Origin: Bdellovibrionota bacterium
Lineage (GTDB): Bacteria > Bdellovibrionota_C > UBA2361 > OMIW01
Direction of reading: 5' to 3'
DNA length: 24,413 bases
NCBI GenBank assembly: GCA_044345055.1
Contig: JBIJBT010000041.1
Coordinates: 1-24,413 of the forward strand
Below are positions 1 to 7,533 of the stretch, piece after piece. The notes beneath the pieces were generated by a model, which saw only the letters and a list, made by a program, of their open reading frames with translations, made no database searches and was not told the DNA's origin. Within the stretch, counting starts at the first letter, position 1; each line of letters starts with the position of its first letter. Both the position numbers and the translations under genes were made by a program.

Positions 1-73
1 CCGAACACGGTCGTCAAGCTCCTCAGCGCCCATGATACTGGGATAATCCCGGGAAAGTAGGACGCCGCCAGAA
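1..73 (+). rRNA. rrf: 5S rRNA, 3' portion (5' end lies outside the window)
   Basis: Starts with the conserved 5S loop C motif CCGAAC, then ...GTCAAGCTCCTCAGCGCC...ATGATACT...GGGAAAGTAGGACGCCGCCAG. This matches the 5S 3'-half pattern (GAUGGUAcU...GAGAGUAGG...GCCAG). The exact 3' end is uncertain by about 2 nt. Confidence 0.95.
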
Positions 74-77
74 CTCT

Positions 78-117
78 GCCCTTTAATCTCAAATGAGATT
101 AAAGGGCCTTTTTTTTT
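78..117 (+). terminator. Rho-independent terminator of the rRNA transcript
   Basis: Perfect 13-bp stem GCCCTTTAATCTC (78-90) / GAGATTAAAGGGC (95-107) with a 4-nt loop, followed by a 9-T run (109-117), immediately downstream of the 5S gene. Confidence 0.93.
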
Positions 118-277
118 GCTCTTAGAGCACAATCTTTGAGCAGTGGTTATAACATAATTGTAGGTATTGGGTGGGGAGTGAACCACTCCTAGAGGTTTTT
201 ATTAGGTGATGGATTTGGTTCTTCCGAATTAGGATCGCTATTCGGTGCAGAGTAAGGTTGATAGTGTTGGGGGTTGC

Positions 278-514
278 ATGAAGCCGTTTTCTTCAAATAT
301 GCGAAAAAAAGTCACGGAAAGTGGCTCGGATCAAAAGTGTCCGACGAAATCTTTTGTTCAAACGCCTCTTAAGCAAGGTTTAATTCGGGATTGCAGTGAA
401 GCTGATTTGCTTGTCGACGCACTCTGCGAAGATCATGCAAAGAGTGTTGAGGCGTCAATTCTGGCACACATACCGCTTCAGCGAGAAAGGGTATTAGAGT
501 TGCTGGCTGACTAA
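278..514 (+). CDS. Small protein (78 aa from ATG 278; alternative GTG start at 245) whose C-terminal half resembles the flagellin C-terminal D0 segment
   Basis: GGGGG at 269-273 precedes ATG 278. The C-terminus IRDCSEADLLVDALCEDHAKSVEASILAHIPLQRERVLELLAD parallels the flagellin end pattern IRDxDxA...LAQAN...VLxLL. It sits directly upstream of a flagellin-like gene. Confidence 0.55.
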   Translation: MKPFSSNMRKKVTESGSDQKCPTKSFVQTPLKQGLIRDCSEADLLVDALCEDHAKSVEASILAHIPLQRERVLELLAD

Positions 515-626
515 CGGATGGGTGTCGGTGGGTTGCCCGGCGGAGTCGCTGGATGAGGTTGGACCGAAATTTTCTTCGTTAATCGATGAGGGTTTGGGTT
601 CTGAGGATGTTGGTAAGGGAGGTTGA

Positions 627-1451
627 ATGAGTGTCCTTGCGAGTGCGAATGTCACCACTGCATGGATTCAGTCGTATCTGAGTCGTGCGAACTGGGACGT
701 TGAGCGAATTCAAAAGCGGCTTGCGACTGGTCAGAGAGAGTTTGACTCAGTCAGTGTAGGCATGAGTAATGCTCTTGCTGTTGAGTCGTCGACAAGTCAG
801 GTGGCGATTCAGAACCTTAACGAAGGGATTTCGTTTATGAACGTCGCGGATGCTGCACTTAGTGGAGTTAAAGACCTCATGACTGAGGCTAGAACGCTCA
901 TCGATAGTGCCTCTGCGTCTACCGATACGACTGAGCGAGCAAATTTGAACACTGAGGCAAATGCTCTTATCGCACAGGCGAATGAATTGATTACTTCCTC
1001 AACCTATGGGGGTAGCAAGGTTTTCTATCGCGAGAGTCCCTCGTTGACGGTTAAGGCAGGTCAGGGGAAGTCAGGAAGTTTTCAGGTGGCGATCGGCGAT
1101 GCTGCGTCAATAGTTTTTGGTGGAGGCATCGATATTTCTCTAACTGGGGATCCCTCATCTGAGTTAACCCGGGTCGATGACTATTTAACCGATATCGATA
1201 ATCGCCGTAATGCAATTAATGCCGGGCGATCTCGGGCCTCAGCGGCAACGACGTATCTTGGGGTGATGGTTGGCGTTTATGATGAGGCGTCCTTAGCGGC
1301 AAGTGCGATTGATGAAACAGAGGAGACGCTTAACTTGGAGGATGCCACTGCGCATCAGCAAGCCTTGTATGACCTTCTTTTAACCCAGTTGCAAAGTAAA
1401 CAGTCACTCGTCAGTCAGATTTACGGAACAATTATGCAGCTCAGGATTTAA
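627..1451 (+). CDS. Divergent minimal flagellin-family protein (Flagellin_N, very short variable region, degenerate Flagellin_C)
   Basis: SD AAGGGAGG precedes the ATG. RLATGQR, AIQNLNEGISFMNVADAALS, ERANLNTEANAL and STYGGSKVF align with the Flagellin_N pattern (RLSSGLR, NANDGISxxQTAEGAL, DRxxLQxE, TxFNGxKLL). The C-terminal LTRVDDYLTDIDNRRNAINAGRSR...IDETEETLNL is colinear with Flagellin_C. Confidence 0.85.
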   Translation: MSVLASANVTTAWIQSYLSRANWDVERIQKRLATGQREFDSVSVGMSNALAVESSTSQVAIQNLNEGISFMNVADAALSGVKDLMTEARTLIDSASASTDTTERANLNTEANALIAQANELITSSTYGGSKVFYRESPSLTVKAGQGKSGSFQVAIGDAASIVFGGGIDISLTGDPSSELTRVDDYLTDIDNRRNAINAGRSRASAATTYLGVMVGVYDEASLAASAIDETEETLNLEDATAHQQALYDLLLTQLQSKQSLVSQIYGTIMQLRI

Positions 1452-1547
1452 CGGGAGCGAGAGTTGAATGATGGATCCGGTGAATGTTTGTGGAAGCGAC
1501 TTCACGAGTGTCGCCCAAGTGGCTGACGGCGTTTAATAAGCCCTTTT

Positions 1548-1576
1548 TTGACCAAACCCAGTGATAATAATACTTT
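1548..1576 (+). promoter_or_regulatory. Candidate sigma70 promoter upstream of menFDH
   Basis: TTGACC (1548-1553), 17-nt spacer, TACTTT (1571-1576, fits TAnnnT), within an AT-rich intergenic patch. Confidence 0.45.
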
Positions 1577-1843
1577 ATGATATTTTTTTGGTAGTACTGA
1601 ATAAAGTGATGTGGTGAGAATCAGTGATGGTTTAGTCTATGCCATCGTTAGCGGAAAAAGGGGAACCCATTTTGGCTTTGAGCTTGAGCTCCGGTAGTAT
1701 GGTTGCTGGGTTAGGTTCTTATCCATTATGGAAGTCTGGCTCATCCCCTGACCAATGTGACTGTCGGACGAGGATTACTCTTCGATTAACCTTGAGGTGG
1801 TACGAGTTCATCAAGTTACCATCGTTTCAATCGTATCGTCTGT

Positions 1844-3166
1844 ATGACCGCGCAGATCGTGAACCCCGACAGTTGTGTGCTCCGGGCAGAGAACTTTGCT
1901 GATGTTAGTGTGCGTCAGACCGATCAGTTTCGGGGTGATTCGGGCTGTTTGCTTGAGTTGGCATCTCGGGTTGGTCGGGGTCCGCTGTACTATTTTCAGA
2001 GTCGGGATCGCGAATTTGAGCTGCTCGGGATCGGCGAATTTGCTTCATTCCGTGCTGGATCGATGGAGGAGTTTCGTTCCAGATGGGGTTGGGTGCTTTC
2101 TTGTTTGGCTGAGCATCGGGCAGCGTCGCACCTTTTTTTGCTTGGGGGGACCTCGTTCGATGGGGTATCGCCGGGGCAGGGGTGGGGTGAGTTTTCGGGA
2201 GTCCATTTTTTTCTCCCACGAAAGATCGCGATTCGCAGGGGAGATAATGTTTCGGTCTTACTGATCGGTGGACGCGATGATGAGGAATTATTGTTAGAGG
2301 AAGAGGGGCGGGAATCGTTCGGCTGGGGGGAGAGCACGATTGCTGGATGGCGAGGAGGTGTGCCGACATTTTCTCAGTGGGAGAGCACTATCGGGGCGGC
2401 GCTTGAGGAGATACGAGCGGGTCGGATTGAGAAAGTTGTTCTTGCGCGACGGGAGGTAGCCACGGTGGTCGGGTGTGCTCATCCGGCGAGACTCTTGAAG
2501 CGGTTGCTCGAGGCTCGGCAAAGGGTCACGGGGTTTGCGTTCTCTCCGAGTAATCGATTACTGCCCTGTTTTTTTGGTGCAACGCCCGAGCTTCTTTTCA
2601 GTATGGAGGGCGATTTAGTGCAGAGTGAAGCCGTAGCGGGAACCGCTGGAATCGAGAAGAGAGGCGGAGAGGCAGGTAGTCTGGCTAACTTAGGGCCGAA
2701 GGAAAGAGCTGAACACCAATTTGTCGTGTCTGCCGTTGTGGATCGGTTGAGCCAAGTAAGTGAGGACATAACCTGGGATAAAGAACCGCAGATTGTTTCG
2801 TTGCACGACCTAGTTCATCTAGTAACACCAATTCGTGCGGCGCTGAGGCAGCGTGTCGATCCGCTTGAAATTCTCGGATTGTTGCACCCAACCCCTGCGG
2901 TGTGTGGCACGCCATCCGCAGCGGCAAGAGAGTTTATTCGTGTCCATGAGCCGTTTGATCGGGGCTGGTATGCAGGAACGATCGGATATATGAATGCCGA
3001 GCGCTCGGAATTCGCGGTCAGCCTCCGCTCTGCGCTCCTTGAGCAGGAGAGTCTTTCGGCCTTTGTTGGAGCTGGAATCGTTAGTGGTTCAGTAGCAGCT
3101 TCTGAGTGGGATGAGTTGAATCTCAAACAGCGGCGGATTGAGGAGATGGTGGCAAACAAGGGGTAG
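1844..3166 (+). CDS. menF: Isochorismate synthase (menaquinone-specific)
   Basis: Chorismate-binding motifs KVVLAR, FFGATPELL, EAVAGT, KERAEH, LHPTPAVCG, DRGWYAG, LRSA and GAGIV. First gene before menD and menH. Confidence 0.93.
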   Translation: MTAQIVNPDSCVLRAENFADVSVRQTDQFRGDSGCLLELASRVGRGPLYYFQSRDREFELLGIGEFASFRAGSMEEFRSRWGWVLSCLAEHRAASHLFLLGGTSFDGVSPGQGWGEFSGVHFFLPRKIAIRRGDNVSVLLIGGRDDEELLLEEEGRESFGWGESTIAGWRGGVPTFSQWESTIGAALEEIRAGRIEKVVLARREVATVVGCAHPARLLKRLLEARQRVTGFAFSPSNRLLPCFFGATPELLFSMEGDLVQSEAVAGTAGIEKRGGEAGSLANLGPKERAEHQFVVSAVVDRLSQVSEDITWDKEPQIVSLHDLVHLVTPIRAALRQRVDPLEILGLLHPTPAVCGTPSAAAREFIRVHEPFDRGWYAGTIGYMNAERSEFAVSLRSALLEQESLSAFVGAGIVSGSVAASEWDELNLKQRRIEEMVANKG

Positions 3167-3209
3167 GGTTACCTCTTGACGGGTGCTGTGATTGGTTGAG
3201 GAGGAACGG

Positions 3210-4991
3210 ATGATTAGTCGGGGTGACAACCATCTTCTTGGATTGTTGATCGTTGAGGAGCTGTGGCGGCTCGGGGTGCGTACCTTCGTTCTTTCGCCGG
3301 GTTCGCGCTCAACTCCTCTAGCGGTTGCGTTGGCAGAGCGGCGAGATAGTACGGTTGTTCATATCGATGAGCGGGGCGCGGGTTATTTTGGGTTTGGTGC
3401 AGCTCTTGGAGGGGGAGCTCCGGTAGCTCTGGTGTGTACTTCAGGTACGGCGGTCGCAAATTATCTTCCAGCGGTGGTTGAGGCATCAGAATCGGGTATT
3501 CCGCTCTTCGTCATTTCGGCGGATCGTCCCCTTGACCTGCTTGATACGGGGGCAAATCAAACGATTCGGCATCGAGGGATATTTTCGTCGTATGTGAGGG
3601 CAGCGGCTGAGGTCGTGGCGCCTCGTAGCGGTGAGGATGCTCGGAAGGTGTTGCGGCTGGTTGATGACCTTTTCTCCCGAGCTATTGGGAGCCAGCCGGG
3701 ACCTGTGCACCTGAATGTTGCGTTTCGAAAGCCCTTGCTCGAGCGGAGTGAGAGTCGGGAGCTTCCGCCGCTGCTGGACGAGTGGGGTCGTTCGGGGGAG
3801 CCGCTTTGCGTGGTCAGCCAGCGGCGAGGCTGCCCGCCAGCGGAAGATCTTATTTGTGCGGCAGGAAGCCGATTTTCGCGTTTCATCGAGGGGAGCACGG
3901 CCGGGCTTATTTTAGTTTCTGGAGTTGACGGAGCTCGGGGCATACCAAGAGCGTGCCTTGAGATAGCTGAGATGCTGCGCTGGCCGATTATCGCTGATAT
4001 CACCTCGCAGCTTCGGCTCGGTGTTGAATCGCCACTTCTTTTTGTTGAGGCGAGCGCTGTGTATGAAATTGCCGAAGCTCGTTCCATCTTTGCTCCTGAC
4101 AAAATTCTGCATATCGGTACGCAGCCGGTCTCAAATGGTTTGCTGGAGCTGCTTGCTCAGTGCCCAGCGGTGGCCCATTGTTCGCTAACGGGAATGCGGT
4201 CGGATGTGGTTGGAAATAATCGGGTAGCGATGGTGGCGACTCCTGAGGAGCTTTTTGAGATACTCAAGCGGTGCGATGCTCTGACGACTCCATCACGGCT
4301 TATAGAGGCATTTAATCGCCTGCGCGCGGAGTTGTCAGCCATCTCGGGGGCCGTTTCGATTGTTACCGCAAGTTCAGAGCTTGCTGCGGTCGACGCCATA
4401 GTTTCTGAGCTTCCCAAAGGATGGCAACTCTATCTTGCCAACAGTCTTCCTATTCGGCTCGTTGATAGCTCCATTCAGCGCATTCTACATCCCGTTCGTG
4501 TTGGTTATCACAGAGGTGCAAGTGGTATTGATGGCACGATCGCTGCGGCGTGCGGTTTTGCGCACGGCTCTTGGACTCCGACCGTTGCTATCGTCGGGGA
4601 TCTTGCGGCGATTCATGATGTGAATTCGCTTCTCTTCGCAGCGCGGAGCAAACTTCCAGTGGTGATAGTTATTATAAACAATAGCGGTGGTGGAATATTT
4701 TCGACTCTTCCCGACATCAACGATCTCGATTGCTTTGAGGACTTTTTCATAACTCCGCAGAGGGTTGATTTTGAAGGGGCAGCTCATTTTTCGGGGTTGC
4801 CGTTTGAGAGGGTTGGTGATGAGAAGGCGGTCGCTGTAGCTGTTCAAAGAGCGATTCAGCGGGGATGCTCGTCAATTATTGAAGTGGTCACGGACTGGAG
4901 AAGAACGGCACCAGCGATAGCTGCTCGGCGAGAGATAATTAAGGGAATTATTGGTGGGGTTTCCCGAGATTCTTCGAATTCAGAGCGGTGA
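3210..4991 (+). CDS. menD: SEPHCHC synthase (ThDP-dependent)
   Basis: Motifs SPGSRSTPLA, IDERGA, CTSGTAVANYLPAVVEA, SADRP, GANQTI, ANSLPIR, RGASGIDG, and the ThDP motif GDLAAIHD...INNSGGGIF. Start moved from the track's TTG 3192 to ATG 3210, which follows SD GAGGAGG (3198-3204). Confidence 0.96.
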   Translation: MISRGDNHLLGLLIVEELWRLGVRTFVLSPGSRSTPLAVALAERRDSTVVHIDERGAGYFGFGAALGGGAPVALVCTSGTAVANYLPAVVEASESGIPLFVISADRPLDLLDTGANQTIRHRGIFSSYVRAAAEVVAPRSGEDARKVLRLVDDLFSRAIGSQPGPVHLNVAFRKPLLERSESRELPPLLDEWGRSGEPLCVVSQRRGCPPAEDLICAAGSRFSRFIEGSTAGLILVSGVDGARGIPRACLEIAEMLRWPIIADITSQLRLGVESPLLFVEASAVYEIAEARSIFAPDKILHIGTQPVSNGLLELLAQCPAVAHCSLTGMRSDVVGNNRVAMVATPEELFEILKRCDALTTPSRLIEAFNRLRAELSAISGAVSIVTASSELAAVDAIVSELPKGWQLYLANSLPIRLVDSSIQRILHPVRVGYHRGASGIDGTIAAACGFAHGSWTPTVAIVGDLAAIHDVNSLLFAARSKLPVVIVIINNSGGGIFSTLPDINDLDCFEDFFITPQRVDFEGAAHFSGLPFERVGDEKAVAVAVQRAIQRGCSSIIEVVTDWRRTAPAIAARREIIKGIIGGVSRDSSNSER

Positions 4992-4997
4992 TCGATT

Positions 4998-5870
4998 ATG
5001 GGAAAGGCTCTTTCCTATCGTTTCCTAAATAAGAAACTTAGCTCGGTTGGTAGCTCCAAAGAGGAGCCTCAGCGTTTGCTGGTTCTCCTTCACGGCTGGC
5101 TCGGCTCCTCCCATGACTGGGAGTCAATTGCCGCTCTTTTGCCCTCTCGCGTGACTGTCCTTGCCATCGATCTTCCGGGTCACGGCAATTCACCAGCCTG
5201 GAGCGCAGAAGAGATAAGCTTTGAGCGGGTTTGTGCAGCGGTATTTGCCACGGTGGAAAATGCCACCGAGGCTCTAAAGGGATGCCATACCACGATTGTC
5301 GCGGGGTATTCCCTTGGAGGCCGAATCGCGTTGCAGCTTGCCCGCGCTTACCCTTCCAAATTGAATGGTCTGATTCTTCTGAGTGCTCATACCGGACTTG
5401 CATCGGAGGTGCAGCGGGCTGAGAGATCTGCGCGCGACCGAGAACTTGCTCTTCAGGTAGCCTCAGCCTCGGGTGATGAGATTTCGTGGGAGCATTTTGT
5501 GCGTCGATGGTACGACCTCCCGATTTTTCGCTCCCTAGCTGAGAAGCCTGAGCTTCGAGAGGAAATAGTTCAACGCCGCCTTCTCACACCTCCAATTCAT
5601 CCCGATCTTTTGCTTTCAGCTCTTAGTTTAGGAAATCAGCCTCCACTATTAGGCGAAGAAAATCGGAGCTCAAACCAGCTTAACCCCTTCCCCGTCCCTA
5701 CTTTGCTCGTCGCCGGTGAAAAAGATGACAAATATCGTGAGCTTTTTAGGGAGGTATCTACCATAACAGGGGCGCCCGTTGTGACCCTCGATAGCGCAGG
5801 ACATGCAGTTCTGGCCGAGGCGCCTGCGGGGGTGGCAAGAGCCATCGGGGATTGGATTGCGTCTCTTTGA
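4998..5870 (+). CDS. menH: SHCHC synthase (alpha/beta hydrolase fold)
   Basis: LHGWLGS, IDLPGHG, nucleophile elbow GYSLGGRIA, GEKDDKY and AGHAV. Also the MenH-typical R..R...D..LA and WYxxPIF segments. Starts 6 nt after the menD stop. Confidence 0.9.
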   Translation: MGKALSYRFLNKKLSSVGSSKEEPQRLLVLLHGWLGSSHDWESIAALLPSRVTVLAIDLPGHGNSPAWSAEEISFERVCAAVFATVENATEALKGCHTTIVAGYSLGGRIALQLARAYPSKLNGLILLSAHTGLASEVQRAERSARDRELALQVASASGDEISWEHFVRRWYDLPIFRSLAEKPELREEIVQRRLLTPPIHPDLLLSALSLGNQPPLLGEENRSSNQLNPFPVPTLLVAGEKDDKYRELFREVSTITGAPVVTLDSAGHAVLAEAPAGVARAIGDWIASL

Positions 5871-6026
5871 GATGTCAGAGGCTGGAGAGCGCTATACAAA
5901 CTCGTCATGCACGGACTCAAGCTCTCTTAATTGTTAGTTTTCGGTGTCTCGTCCATTTCCCCATTTTCACTCAGCAAAAAATCGATACAGTGATCGAGTT
6001 CGGATCATTACGGGGGCGTTTAAACT

Positions 6027-7406
6027 ATGTTGAACAACTTTATTGAGCAGGCTCAACAATCTTGGCGACAGTGGTGCGATATTAATATTGCAAGCCCCAA
6101 TCAGAACCCACAGGAGTCCGTTGCGCCATCTCAAAGGGTCACCGCTGCCGATCTAAAAAATATAGCTCAGCTCAAAGAGTTGGTTAGGCTCCTGGGGGAG
6201 GACCCGGAGAAGGGAAGGGAGATTTTTCAGCAGATCTTTGGTGCCGGTATGGCGCCTGACCAAAAAGAAGGCTGGTCAGCCGATTCTTTTGTGCAGATGA
6301 ATCTGCATCCTTTGCTCGTAAATCCCGCATATTACGGCCATAAAACGATAAAGGGCGTCGCGTTTCTCGACATAGATGATACCCAGTCGAATCACCGAGA
6401 ATGGACCCCTTATGCATCGCTCGATAGGACCTTGTTCATGATCGAGTGCGCTCAGCAGGGAATAGCGATTGTTCCAGTAACGGGCAGCCCGATGACGGGG
6501 GGCGACCGAGGTTACGGTATAGATGGCCGTCTTGCAAATGGAGAATTATTCCCGACCCAGCTTCTTTTCACGAGTGGAGGCGCAGAAGGCTACGGTCTTG
6601 AGGGTGGGGAGTATAGGCTAATATCTGGGTATCAACGTGAGGTGCAAAAACAGATAGATTCGTACGCCGGACGTTGGCAAGAGGTGCACGATCTTTTTAT
6701 GGAGGTTGCTAAAGACGTTTTTATTGAGCAGCTGGGGAAAGAGTGGGCAACGAATGAAGTGAACCTCGCTGAGTTTAATCAGATGAGTATCGCCGCAGAG
6801 CGGTTCGTTGAGCCAGTTTTAAATATTCCTTTTACGACGGTGCAATCGTACTTTCCTCTTGAGGACGCCGACCAATCGGGTCGGGTTAATTTTTACCTGA
6901 ATGTTCCCTCGGATGATGAGCGGTTATATCCTTTGATTGATGAGATCGATTCCCGTTTCCGTGAAGAGCTTCAAAATATTGGTTTTGAGGGAATGACCTG
7001 TTTCCCTGGGTATGTGAGCAGTTTTGGAAAAGGAGAGCATATTACCCAGTGGTCTTATGACATCGGAGTTGTATCAAAGCAGTGGGCTCTCTGTGGTCTG
7101 AAAAGATTCGAGGACTACTTCGGTATTCCACTCGATGTATTTGCAACTATCTCTTTCGGAGGAGATGGGCCAAACGATCGACACTTTGTGCCAAATTTCG
7201 AGCAGGTAATAAAAAAACAGGCTCCCGGATTGTTGTCCCCCATCGGCGTGTTTCTCGTGCAGACGAGCAAAGAGCAGGATAGGATCGTCGAGTCGGTAGA
7301 AAAATTTGGATGGCCTCAAGATCGGATTCTAGCACTCTCTGAGGGCGGGTTGTGGTGTCAGCGGTTGCGAGAAGGGTTGAGGGAGGGGTTGGGAGCGGCG
7401 ATGTAG
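6027..7406 (+). CDS. HAD-superfamily hydrolase, probably Cof-type (subclass IIB), with an N-terminal extension of about 110 aa
   Basis: All four HAD motifs in order: FLDIDDT (I), VPVTGS (II), VVSKQWAL (III, Lys) and SFGGDGPND (IV). The large insert between motifs II and III fits a C2 cap. Substrate unknown. Confidence 0.7.
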   Translation: MLNNFIEQAQQSWRQWCDINIASPNQNPQESVAPSQRVTAADLKNIAQLKELVRLLGEDPEKGREIFQQIFGAGMAPDQKEGWSADSFVQMNLHPLLVNPAYYGHKTIKGVAFLDIDDTQSNHREWTPYASLDRTLFMIECAQQGIAIVPVTGSPMTGGDRGYGIDGRLANGELFPTQLLFTSGGAEGYGLEGGEYRLISGYQREVQKQIDSYAGRWQEVHDLFMEVAKDVFIEQLGKEWATNEVNLAEFNQMSIAAERFVEPVLNIPFTTVQSYFPLEDADQSGRVNFYLNVPSDDERLYPLIDEIDSRFREELQNIGFEGMTCFPGYVSSFGKGEHITQWSYDIGVVSKQWALCGLKRFEDYFGIPLDVFATISFGGDGPNDRHFVPNFEQVIKKQAPGLLSPIGVFLVQTSKEQDRIVESVEKFGWPQDRILALSEGGLWCQRLREGLREGLGAAM

Positions 7407-7533
7407 CTTCGCTTCATCGTGGTAGCTACTTCTAATCCCTATCCCTTGCGGTCTGGCCGAAGTCTTGAAAGGGTCATAAGAGCCTGACGAACGGTTCGCC
7501 AAGCCCATACAACCAAAGCTCCCCCCGCGCGCG

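Noticed and set aside
200..600. Sigma28 (FliA) promoter candidates before the flagellin-related ORFs (TCCGAATT 223, ATCGATGA 582)
   Set aside because: The -10 matches are partial and there is no properly spaced TAAA -35 element.
1639..1902. 87-aa ORF upstream of and overlapping menF
   Set aside because: No SD, no recognisable features, and it overlaps menF by 59 nt out of frame.
7455..7500. GAAA and CTGACGA close together between convergent genes, suggesting a hammerhead ribozyme core
   Set aside because: Only 13 nt separate GAAA from CUGACGA, too few for stems III and I, and no GAAA follows a stem II downstream.
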